Positions 38,059 through 46,995 of a stretch of DNA of 64,000 nt are shown in pieces (the stretch's first letter is position 1; the number at the start of each line of letters is the position of its first letter). This stretch comes from OCS155 cluster bacterium AG-426-D23 (GTDB lineage: Bacteria; Actinomycetota; Acidimicrobiia; Actinomarinales; Actinomarinaceae), in assembly GCA_003213165.1 (NCBI GenBank), contig QCNO01000002.1, positions 74,868 to 138,867 of the forward strand. The letters are read 5' to 3'. Both the position numbers and the translations under genes were made by a program. Under the pieces are notes generated by a model. The model saw only the letters and a list, made by a program, of their open reading frames with translations, ran no database searches and was not told the origin of the DNA.

Positions 38059-38229
38059 ATAAGGCCTTTTTAGAAAAAAATGCAATAAGACTCCCTGTGG
38101 CTGTAATTTTTTGTTTTATCGCCTTTTGAAGTGGCTCAAAGCACGAAAGGAAGTCTTACTATTATTTTACTCTTTTTAGGTTTATTAATACTATTTGGGC
38201 AAAAATAAAGATGATTTATACTTAAATTC

Positions 38230-38997
38230 ATGAATATTGGTGCGCATATACCCTCAAAAAACGCAATTGAAGAGATAAAACTGCGAAAAGGCGATACTTT
38301 CCAGATATTTGTATCGAGTCCTCAAATGTGGAAAAGTCCAAAACCTCGAGAAGATGTCGATATTTTACAAGATTATGATGGACCAATATATGTTCATGCC
38401 CCATATTTAATAAATGTTGCTACTCCGAACAACAAAGTACGTCATCCAAGCAGAAAACTTTTAAAGGACACATGTAAAGTCGCGGCAAGTTTTGGAGCCA
38501 AAGGAGTTATTGTTCATGGGGGATCTGTTGGAGAAGGTGGAGACATCGGTGTTGGCTATGATAACTGGAGAAAAGCTATAGAGCATGTGGAAGATACTGG
38601 AATGAGAGTTCTAGTAGAGAATACAGCTGGTGGAAAAAACTCAGTTGCCAGATACATGGACTCTATTGAAAGACTCTGGGAAGTAATTGGCCATTTAAAT
38701 GTTGGGCTTTGTTTAGATACATGTCATACATGGGCAGGAGGAATTCCTACAGAAAAAGCAGTAAAGGGATTTAAAAAACTTGTTAAGAAGATAGACCTTG
38801 TTCATTTCAATGACTCAAAAGATGGCTTTGAAAGCTCGAGAGATCGTCATGAGAACTTGGGTAAAGGACAGATTCCAAAAGCTGAACTCGAATATGTCAT
38901 TAAAAACTGTAAAACAGATATTGTTGTAGAAACTCCTGGAGGACTAGAAGCGCAAAAGAAAGACATTGCGTGGATTAAGCGTCGCTTAAAGAAATGA
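38230..38997 (+). CDS. nfo: deoxyribonuclease IV (endonuclease IV)
   Basis: HAPYLINVA, VHGGS, LVENTAGG, CLDTCH, HFNDSK metal-binding motifs. Confidence 0.93.
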   Translation: MNIGAHIPSKNAIEEIKLRKGDTFQIFVSSPQMWKSPKPREDVDILQDYDGPIYVHAPYLINVATPNNKVRHPSRKLLKDTCKVAASFGAKGVIVHGGSVGEGGDIGVGYDNWRKAIEHVEDTGMRVLVENTAGGKNSVARYMDSIERLWEVIGHLNVGLCLDTCHTWAGGIPTEKAVKGFKKLVKKIDLVHFNDSKDGFESSRDRHENLGKGQIPKAELEYVIKNCKTDIVVETPGGLEAQKKDIAWIKRRLKK

Positions 38998-40262
38998 ACT
39001 ATTTACCATCTAACCTTGAATTTAAAGATGGAGTCGCTTTTATCGGAGAGACTTCACTACTTGATGTCGCCAAAGAGTACGGGACTCCCCTGTATGTCTA
39101 TGACTGGGAACACCTACGAGCTAATATTGATCATTTTACGAATGCTTTTGGAGAAGAGACTTATTTCAGATATGCAGCAAAAGCATTTATCTGTAAAGCC
39201 TTAGTCAAAGAATTAGATGACAAAGGTTGGGGAGTAGATGTTGTGTCTGGTGGAGAGATGGCAACAGTCCAAGCTGTTACTGGAACCTTAGAAAACTCTT
39301 TATTTAATGGAACCTTTAAACATAAAGATGAGATTGAGTTCTTTATGCAACATAATGGTGGCCATATCTCTGTAGATAATCGTTTTGAGATTCCAATGCT
39401 AGAAGAGGTTGCAAGTAAATTAGATAGAAAACAACCAGTCATTATGCGTATAAACCTAGATGTTGGAGCCGAGACCCATCCAATGGTATTGACTTCAGGT
39501 TACGACCAACAGTTCGGTATCTCTATTGGGTTTGCTGAAGAGGCATTACAGCAAATATATAATTCAAAACATTTACTCTTTTCTGGAGTCCATGTCCATA
39601 TTGGAAGTCAGATTAAAGACCCAGATCGTTATAAAAAAGCAATGAGCGAGTGTGCAGATTTTCTTAACGCTCATCCTGCAAGTGTAGAAAGAGAGATAGT
39701 TTTTGATGCTGGTGGCGGTTTCTTTTCACCCTACGCTGGTGATGAAGTAGACCATGAATTAAAAGTGTATGCAGATGCCATTCATGAAGGGATTAAAGAA
39801 CACTGGAGCGGTTCCTATAAAGTGATGATTGAGCCAGGAAGAGCCTTAGTAAATAATCCAGGAGTTATTTTATATACTGCAGGAGCCATTAAAGATGATC
39901 GAGGTGAGAAACCATATATTTTGGTGGATGGTGGAATGTCAGATAATCCAAGACCTGCACTGTATGGCAGTGAACATAAGCTCTTCAATATCTCTGGTGG
40001 AAAAGCTGGAGAAGACGTGGTGCATGCCGTATCTGGTAGACACTGTGAAAGTGGAGATTTATTAGTAAAAGATGCAATGTTGCCAAGCGATACTGTGTCT
40101 GGAGATATTTTAATGTCTACATCAACTGGAGCCTATACCTTTGCTATGGCAAGTAACTATAACCGAGTACCTAAATCTGGAGTAGTTGCCGTTACTAAGA
40201 GTGGTGTAGTTGAGTTAGTAAATAGACAGAGCTTTCAAGATACTTTTATAAACGACATATAA
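38994..40262 (+). CDS. lysA: diaminopimelate decarboxylase
   Basis: PLP lysine YAAKAF, HVHIGSQ, DAGGGF, EPGRALV, CESGD; 4-nt overlap with nfo. Confidence 0.93.
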   Translation: MNYLPSNLEFKDGVAFIGETSLLDVAKEYGTPLYVYDWEHLRANIDHFTNAFGEETYFRYAAKAFICKALVKELDDKGWGVDVVSGGEMATVQAVTGTLENSLFNGTFKHKDEIEFFMQHNGGHISVDNRFEIPMLEEVASKLDRKQPVIMRINLDVGAETHPMVLTSGYDQQFGISIGFAEEALQQIYNSKHLLFSGVHVHIGSQIKDPDRYKKAMSECADFLNAHPASVEREIVFDAGGGFFSPYAGDEVDHELKVYADAIHEGIKEHWSGSYKVMIEPGRALVNNPGVILYTAGAIKDDRGEKPYILVDGGMSDNPRPALYGSEHKLFNISGGKAGEDVVHAVSGRHCESGDLLVKDAMLPSDTVSGDILMSTSTGAYTFAMASNYNRVPKSGVVAVTKSGVVELVNRQSFQDTFINDI

Positions 40263-40302
40263 AAGATTTGAATCTGTCATTTTAAATTTATAAGATAAAG
40301 TC

Positions 40303-40857
40303 ATGTCATCTTCCAGTCATTTAGATAATGGGTTTTGGTGCACTTTGCCAAATAAAAAAGTAAACCCAGCCGACAAGAGTGAAGTAAGTGAGTTTAAAAA
40401 GAGGTATGGATTTGTAGAACCGTATCTTTCTATGGGATCTATCCCACCTCCAATAGATGAATTACCAAAAATTTTTATAAGATGGGGGCAAGAACCAGCT
40501 AAAGGCACTGAGTGGAAAAGCATTCAAAACGACCCACACCCACACAGACATGATATTAATTTTCCTATTACTGATTATGTTGAAAAGTTTCCTTTTGTAA
40601 ATCCTAAAACGAATGAATTTGAAGATAGAAATAGATGTCAAAAATGTCACAATGCACACAATAATAATGGTGAAGATTGCTGTGGAATGGGAGAAGAAGG
40701 GTGGGTATGTATAAATCCAACCAACATTTTTACATGGGATGAGTTATTAAAAGAATATGCAAGCTGCTATTTAAAAGTAGAAGAGAATTTATTTCCTGCT
40801 TTGGTAAGCAAAAAGAACAATCAAAAGAGAAATCGAAAAAATGGTAGAAGAAGATAA
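40303..40857 (+). CDS. hypothetical Cys/His-rich protein with basic tail (island operon gene 1)
   Basis: 184 aa; CQKCHNAH...DCCG...C cluster; C-terminal KKNNQKRNRKNGRRR; 17-nt overlap with the next gene. Confidence 0.6.
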   Translation: MSSSSHLDNGFWCTLPNKKVNPADKSEVSEFKKRYGFVEPYLSMGSIPPPIDELPKIFIRWGQEPAKGTEWKSIQNDPHPHRHDINFPITDYVEKFPFVNPKTNEFEDRNRCQKCHNAHNNNGEDCCGMGEEGWVCINPTNIFTWDELLKEYASCYLKVEENLFPALVSKKNNQKRNRKNGRRR

Positions 40858-42385
40858 GAACCTAGTTAATCTCGAAAAAAGATTTCTTGGAAATGTAAAT
40901 TTCTATTTCAATTTAGATAATTACTCAATTCAAAATTTTCATCAAGATTATAAAGAGTGGAAAAATGTTATGTTAGGAAGGCAATTCGAGTCACAAGGGT
41001 TTCAAAATTTTGAAGCTCTATTTTTAATCGCTTCTCATAACTACCTTAAAAAGAATCAACACTTTAAAGATAAGTCATACTATCTGAGGTATTTCGAGGA
41101 AAACATAATAACTGATGAGGCAGAAAAGAGCTTTGAAGAACTGGATTTTAATTATTATTTTATAAACAAACAAAATAAAATCGAAAAGCTAATTAGTGGC
41201 GCTGTTGAGTTGAGTAACGATTTAAAAATATGGTTATTATTCAACTTACGTCCCGACTCTACTGATAATAAAAATCAACTATCACCGACAAGTTTTTTTA
41301 GACTAAATCAAAAAGTAAATTATGTAGAAGAGGTTTATTTATTCCCATATATGATTTTGAAGACAGATATAAAAGATTTATTTTTTCAGATATATAAAAG
41401 CAATTGGTCATATGCTCAAACCCTGGTTGAAAGGTCAAAAATTATTGTCGACCCGGAACTTACTAAACAAACACATATTCAGAACGCATTCAAATCAATA
41501 AAAGAAAGCATGGAATGTTTTAAGGTTAGTTATCTTGAAAAACATGATGAAGAAAATGAATTTATCTATATTTATAAAAATAGTAAATCTGTAAGTAATT
41601 TATCCGGACTTCAAAAAGAAATAATTGGACAAAAGATTCTTTCAAATTATCCAAAAAAAACAATGGTAAAAGTGGGAGACCCAACTTACTGGTCAGTGTA
41701 TTCTGATTTGAATTTATTACAGTTTCTTATCGAATTTTCAAAAAAGATTGGAGAAGTATCTTCAACTACACTAAAAAGTGTCTTTGAAAGGATGGCTCCT
41801 TCATCTGATCAAAAAACCTATTATGCTTCCGATGCTCAAAAAACACAAAATTTTAAAAAGGGATTAGATAAACAAAAAGACGATGTTGGGATAGAAGAGT
41901 TGTCAGAATTTGGTTTATTTAATGAAAGCAATCTAGAGAGTAAATTATTAAAAGATGTTCTAAGTAATGTTGATATTAAAACTCAAGGTATTGATTTTGA
42001 TGATGAAGTTTATGAAAAAACAATGATTTTAGAGTTTTTAAAGGTCAACGCACAAGGTTTAAACGAGTATGAAGTCGAATTTTTAGAGATTTACTATGCA
42101 GAACTATCTGCGGAACAACCTGAGTTATATCTAATAATTTCTGAATATTTGAAAAAAAGAGAAAAACTCTTACATTTAATATATAAAGGGAAGATTATGC
42201 AAGAAAGTATTGAAAATAGAATCTTAGATCAACTGGGTGTTAGAAAAGTTGAAAAAGTAATGACATATTTTGATGCAATGGTTGAAAAAATTAATAAATA
42301 CAAAATTGATATTTTAAAACAAGAGAATACAAAAACAGATAAGTCATTAATAATCAACTATTTTCTATATAGGTTTTTGAAATGA
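40841..42385 (+). CDS. hypothetical protein (island operon gene 2)
   Basis: 514-aa uninterrupted ORF in very A+T-rich DNA; no motif recognised. Confidence 0.75.
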   Translation: MVEEDKNLVNLEKRFLGNVNFYFNLDNYSIQNFHQDYKEWKNVMLGRQFESQGFQNFEALFLIASHNYLKKNQHFKDKSYYLRYFEENIITDEAEKSFEELDFNYYFINKQNKIEKLISGAVELSNDLKIWLLFNLRPDSTDNKNQLSPTSFFRLNQKVNYVEEVYLFPYMILKTDIKDLFFQIYKSNWSYAQTLVERSKIIVDPELTKQTHIQNAFKSIKESMECFKVSYLEKHDEENEFIYIYKNSKSVSNLSGLQKEIIGQKILSNYPKKTMVKVGDPTYWSVYSDLNLLQFLIEFSKKIGEVSSTTLKSVFERMAPSSDQKTYYASDAQKTQNFKKGLDKQKDDVGIEELSEFGLFNESNLESKLLKDVLSNVDIKTQGIDFDDEVYEKTMILEFLKVNAQGLNEYEVEFLEIYYAELSAEQPELYLIISEYLKKREKLLHLIYKGKIMQESIENRILDQLGVRKVEKVMTYFDAMVEKINKYKIDILKQENTKTDKSLIINYFLYRFLK

Positions 42386-43218
42386 ATAAAAAACAATTAA
42401 AAGTAATATTACATCCAACGATAAAATCAAATTGTTCATTTGAACATTTTCAAAACTTTTTTTACCATAAACATCAACTTACAGAAAATAGCAACATAAC
42501 ACCTGTTGTAACTGAGGAAACACAAGAGAATATTTTTAAAAAGGTTGCTAAGAATATGGATAATCCTAAATATTTCGACCTTTTGCCAGAAGTTGAAAGA
42601 TTTGTAACAATTGACTCAAGTTTTAAAGATTTAATATTTAATGAAAAATTTTCATTAGGTCAGATCGTAAGTGTAAAGGATTATGGCTGGCCACACAGTA
42701 ACCAAGCTTCTATGGACGCAGTAGTCACTGGGTTAGGTTTTAAGGATATTTACTATGTTTCACCATTTACCTATGACTATGAATTAGCATCTAATAAGAG
42801 CACAATATTAAATGAAGATGAGACAAACATAGGTGCATCAATATCCATATTGAATGAATTTGAAATCCCAGTATTTAATACACAATTACAAAAATCAGAA
42901 TTTTCTATAACTGAAAAAGCCTTTGACAAAATTATAAAAACAGAAGATCCAAAAAATGTTTTTGAAAGCTACACAGGTGTACCATTAAAAAGAAAAGCTG
43001 ACTGGAGATATATGCCCAGAAAAATAATTGTGGACACTTCAATAAAGCTTGGAGCCAAGGCAAGTGAGTTTATTATGAATGGACCAAATAATATGAATGA
43101 ATACATTAATACACCAGAAATAGATTTTATTTTAACAAATGACAAAAACATTTTAGAAAATGAAACTTTGGCTGAAATATCTACAGAAGACCATAACAAA
43201 ATATTGGTGGCAGCATGA
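42382..43218 (+). CDS. hypothetical protein (island operon gene 3)
   Basis: 278 aa; ATGA overlaps on both sides. Confidence 0.75.
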   Translation: MNKKQLKVILHPTIKSNCSFEHFQNFFYHKHQLTENSNITPVVTEETQENIFKKVAKNMDNPKYFDLLPEVERFVTIDSSFKDLIFNEKFSLGQIVSVKDYGWPHSNQASMDAVVTGLGFKDIYYVSPFTYDYELASNKSTILNEDETNIGASISILNEFEIPVFNTQLQKSEFSITEKAFDKIIKTEDPKNVFESYTGVPLKRKADWRYMPRKIIVDTSIKLGAKASEFIMNGPNNMNEYINTPEIDFILTNDKNILENETLAEISTEDHNKILVAA

Positions 43219-46004
43219 ACATTGATAAAGAGCAATTTGAAGTACTTGAGCAGCATATGGAAAAATTAGATGAAGAATTTTTGTCAGATAAAACTCACGT
43301 ATTTACAGCTGTATCTAAATCTTCCTCAATAGGAGAGGCTAACTCAATACGAAGATTTCTAAGGTTAGAACTGGAAACTTCATCGAGAGTAAAAAAAATA
43401 TGTATTACTAACATTAAGTCACTTAAAAATGTTGAAATAGAACTGTCAAACTTAAATATTGTTGCAGGAATTAATTCAATTGGTAAAAGTACACTTTTGG
43501 AAGCAATAGCTCTATTACCAAGATATTTTGATTCAGAATTGGACATTATTCCACTAGGTGATGATAAATTTGGAAATAAGAATTTTAAAAATTTTCTTTC
43601 AACCAATGTCGAGTTAGATGAATTTTCTTCAATAAGCATTATTTATGACAACATATTTCAAGGAAAAACAATTGGAGAAGTTGTCCTTAGCTTTAGCTTC
43701 GATGATTCATTGAGAGACATGTTGCCAGGGCTTACAAAAGCTGGGAGGGCTTTAGAAATTGCAAAAATAAATTATTTACCAATTAAATCAATCTCGTTAG
43801 AAGTTCTTCAAGACCCTCAGAAAACCAAGGGAATGGATATCGTACCTATAAAAGCAAAAATTGAATTAGAAAATAATAGAAAAAAATATAATACAAAATC
43901 TTATGATCTCGGAACTTATATAGAAAAAAATAGACTTTTTGGAAGCTCAAAAGATAAAGAAAACCTACACAAAGAGTTTCAAGATAAATACAAAAATAAA
44001 GAAAACTATACCTTCACAGTATCCGTAAATACTCCTGAAGAATCAGCATCATCAATTGATAATAAAGTTAGTTTGCACAACTTAAATTTTGATAAATTTA
44101 GTTATAAGTTATCAAAACAAACAATATCCAAAGACGTTGTTGTAAATAAACATAAAACAGAAGCAGAATACGAATTTAATGGAAATATGACAGTAGAAAT
44201 TTCTAAGTATCTTCGCTTGCTTATTCTAGATATTATTGCATCTGAAAATAACAATTTAAAAGACAATAATGAATTTAAAAATCAATTTAAAAAACTCTTT
44301 TTTAATATGCTAAATGAAACAAAGAATATTCAATTAAGTAAAGAAAAATTAAACGAATTTATAAAGATTGCAGAGAAAAACACATTTGATGATATGGGCA
44401 TACAACGTGAATTAGCAATGAATAGCACGCTTCAATATTTGATGGGGCTACGAGCTCAAGCATACAGCATTCTCAATCAAAGTTACAGGACAACAAATAT
44501 GGGTGGCGGCCCTTTAAGTAGAAAGAAAGGATTAAAAGACGGAACTTATTTTAAAGGAATATTTGACTGGATTAAACTAGAAGATCTTGATACCTCTTTA
44601 CAGAAAAAAGTTAAAATCAAAAAAATTCATAATGATGTACTTGAATTGTGGTTTGATGATACGTTTAATTCAGAAAAAATTACAGAATATATTGATGACA
44701 ATAAGAATATATTAAAAGAAAGACTCAAAGCATTAAATGTTAATAATGAAATTGGAAAATTTTTTGACTCAGCATACGGAGACTATGCAAACTTCTTGAA
44801 CGAGTGTTCAAAATATATCAACAAATATTCTGAATTAATAAAAAGTGAAAATTTTGAATCTGCAAAAAAATATATTGATGAATTTATCGACAAAGTAACA
44901 CTCCAACTAAAAAAAGATAATGTTAGTTATCCTTTTAATTCGAATTTACACAGTTCAATAAGCACTGATCTAAAGAGTTTTACCCTGAGAGATTTAATAT
45001 TAATGAAAATTTGTCATAAAAATTACAACGATGATGATCTTCTTGTGCCCTTATATAAAGTAAAAGATTTAAAAATGCCAAAATTCATAAATGCATTTTT
45101 AAGTCAAGGTACAAATACAGATATTACAGAGGTACCAATTTTTGATGCTATTAAAAATTTTAAAAATATACAGTTCTTAGGACCATTAAGAGACAGAGGA
45201 GATTCAACAAAGCTGTTTTATAAAAAAGAAATTCCCTTTACGTTGGGTATTTTTGGTGAGTATTCCAAAATATTTCTCAAGGAAAATGCACTTGAAAAGA
45301 GTGAATTTGTTACACCAAAACTATTTGATGAAAAGTTTATCAACTTAATAATAGATAAAAATAAGTTTCAACAAACTTCCTTTGCTGACAAACTAATTAT
45401 TTTAAGAAAAGAAGGCGTTTTGTCTGAGCTTACATACATTGACTTTGTATCTAAGTGGGGAAAGTATTTAGGAATATGTGAAAAGTTTGAAATTAATAAC
45501 GAGTCTGAGTCTCCTTCGATTTTTGTTGTTGATTCCAGTGGAAATAGTGTAGATATTGTAAACGTTGGAATTGGGGTAAGCCAAGTATTGCCGGTAATAC
45601 TAATTTGTTCACTAGCAGGACTTAATAGATCTGAATTTACTTTAAAAGATCCAAATATAATTTTATTGGAACAACCAGAATTACACTTACATCCTAAAGC
45701 ACAGGCTAAACTTGCAGATTTCATACTTGCTAATTCGTTAATAGATTCTATAGTTTTGGAAACTCATTCTGAATATACTCTGAATAGATTGAGATACAGA
45801 CATGCACAATTTGGTTCATTTTTAGGTGATCACATAAATATTAATTATGTCAGAAAAGATAGTAAAAATAATCCTGCTTTTGAGAGAATACTAATCAATG
45901 AAGAAGGTGGTTTAAATGCCTATCCCGAAGACTTCTTTGATCAATCGCAGCTTCAAGCACAAGACTTTATTAAATTAAAAATCAGTAAAAAAGGTAAAAA
46001 GTAG
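43215..46004 (+). CDS. ABC-type ATPase of the OLD / AAA_15-AAA_21 / DUF3696 kind with a very long insertion (island operon gene 4)
   Basis: Walker A VAGINSIGKSTLLEAI (about aa 84-99); near the C-terminus VGIGVSQVLPV, Walker B IILLEQPELHLHP, H-loop VLETHSEYTLNRLR. Confidence 0.85.
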   Translation: MNIDKEQFEVLEQHMEKLDEEFLSDKTHVFTAVSKSSSIGEANSIRRFLRLELETSSRVKKICITNIKSLKNVEIELSNLNIVAGINSIGKSTLLEAIALLPRYFDSELDIIPLGDDKFGNKNFKNFLSTNVELDEFSSISIIYDNIFQGKTIGEVVLSFSFDDSLRDMLPGLTKAGRALEIAKINYLPIKSISLEVLQDPQKTKGMDIVPIKAKIELENNRKKYNTKSYDLGTYIEKNRLFGSSKDKENLHKEFQDKYKNKENYTFTVSVNTPEESASSIDNKVSLHNLNFDKFSYKLSKQTISKDVVVNKHKTEAEYEFNGNMTVEISKYLRLLILDIIASENNNLKDNNEFKNQFKKLFFNMLNETKNIQLSKEKLNEFIKIAEKNTFDDMGIQRELAMNSTLQYLMGLRAQAYSILNQSYRTTNMGGGPLSRKKGLKDGTYFKGIFDWIKLEDLDTSLQKKVKIKKIHNDVLELWFDDTFNSEKITEYIDDNKNILKERLKALNVNNEIGKFFDSAYGDYANFLNECSKYINKYSELIKSENFESAKKYIDEFIDKVTLQLKKDNVSYPFNSNLHSSISTDLKSFTLRDLILMKICHKNYNDDDLLVPLYKVKDLKMPKFINAFLSQGTNTDITEVPIFDAIKNFKNIQFLGPLRDRGDSTKLFYKKEIPFTLGIFGEYSKIFLKENALEKSEFVTPKLFDEKFINLIIDKNKFQQTSFADKLIILRKEGVLSELTYIDFVSKWGKYLGICEKFEINNESESPSIFVVDSSGNSVDIVNVGIGVSQVLPVILICSLAGLNRSEFTLKDPNIILLEQPELHLHPKAQAKLADFILANSLIDSIVLETHSEYTLNRLRYRHAQFGSFLGDHININYVRKDSKNNPAFERILINEEGGLNAYPEDFFDQSQLQAQDFIKLKISKKGKK

Positions 46005-46210
46005 AAAAACTTTTACAGTTTTAATAATGTGGGCAGGATTAAGAAAACGCCCGCGTCTTAAACCCAGGGCCAAATATTACTGGTACCGAGGTGTTTTAAG
46101 GGATTAAATATCCAAATATTTACTCCCTTCATGAATAAAAAGTTCAGAAGTTCTGAAATATTTTTCAATAATATTTTACCTTCCTGCTTTTTACAGGCTT
46201 CACGCCGCAA

Positions 46211-46246
46211 GGCCAGAAGGGGTCTACTCCTTTCTACCCTCTGGCC
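46211..46246 (+). other. GC-rich stem-loop upstream of the 46275 gene
   Basis: GGCCAGA(a)GGG ... CCC-TCTGGCC; followed by TTATGAATTTATTGAGAGGAGGGCATTTATG. Confidence 0.55.
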
Positions 46247-46274
46247 TTATGAATTTATTGAGAGGAGGGCATTT

Positions 46275-46862
46275 ATGCCTATAATTAACGCCTTTGGCGG
46301 ACAGAGATTAATCGGCTTTATAAACAAAAAGCCGTTAGTCGCAAAATTTAAAGTCGACATCGATTCATTCGAAGTTGGGTTTAATCAAAAAATCTTGGAT
46401 AAAGAGTATGCAGGTCAGTTTGATAAAAACTTACTTGGTTCATCTTTAGAGATCCTAGAGAAAAGGTATACAGCACCTTTGGGTAAGCCATATAGCACCA
46501 TGGGGGCAAAAGGTACCTCAACAACAGTTAGCACACTACCTTGGATTGCATCTCTAATAGATGCAGCAGAAGTAGAAATGGGATCTGGAAATAAACAGAT
46601 TTCAAAAGAGCTTTTTGAGAAAATCGCTCAGGCTATTTATGCATCAAATGCATTCCACAGGTCAGACTTAGAGAGCGGATTGATAACATATTTGGATGTT
46701 TCTAAACAATTCAATTTACAACCATCAGGTCAATATAAGTACACAGAGATGGGTATAAATAGACTGTTTAGTCAATTTTCAAAAAATATGTCTGTTTTTT
46801 CACAGATAACAACTATCCCACATAGTTATTTGCTCTTTGAGAAAAGTGCCAAAGTCGCCTAA
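46275..46862 (+). CDS. hypothetical protein (195 aa)
   Basis: Start set at the internal ATG at 46275, preceded by GAGGAGGG. The 48 upstream codons of the track ORF cover the structured intergenic region. Confidence 0.65.
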   Translation: MPIINAFGGQRLIGFINKKPLVAKFKVDIDSFEVGFNQKILDKEYAGQFDKNLLGSSLEILEKRYTAPLGKPYSTMGAKGTSTTVSTLPWIASLIDAAEVEMGSGNKQISKELFEKIAQAIYASNAFHRSDLESGLITYLDVSKQFNLQPSGQYKYTEMGINRLFSQFSKNMSVFSQITTIPHSYLLFEKSAKVA

Positions 46863-46875
46863 AAGGAGATACCCA

Positions 46876-46938
46876 TGCTAACACTAATGCTTGCGGTTAT
46901 AGATGCACTCTCATCTAAACCAAAAAAACGCAAGTAGC
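46876..46938 (+). CDS. possible 20-aa peptide
   Basis: AAAGGAG 6 nt upstream; MLTLMLAVIDALSSKPKKRK*. Confidence 0.3.
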
Positions 46939-46948
46939 CACACCAAGC

Positions 46949-46973
46949 CCTGCCAGATCCACTCTGGCAGGGA
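46949..46973 (+). other. perfect 10-bp stem-loop upstream of the 46996 gene
   Basis: CCCTGCCAGA-TCCAC-TCTGGCAGGG; followed by AATGAATTACAAAGGAGAAAACATTG. Confidence 0.6.
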
Positions 46974-46995
46974 ATGAATTACAAAGGAGAAAACA

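Noticed and set aside
38059-38229. A third RNA element between sRNA copy 2 and nfo (AAGACTCCCT ... AGGAAGTCTT pairing around 38088-38160).
   Set aside because: It is a single interrupted long-range pairing with no second copy for covariation. It may simply be the nfo promoter region (TTGGGC-16-TATACT).
43215-46004. Calling the four-gene operon a Wadjet/JetABCD or MksBEF condensin system.
   Set aside because: The gene sizes and order are reminiscent. However, the ATPase carries LLEQPELHLHP / ETHS motifs of the OLD/AAA_15-21/DUF3696 group rather than SMC-type motifs, and no JetD/Toprim gene is present.
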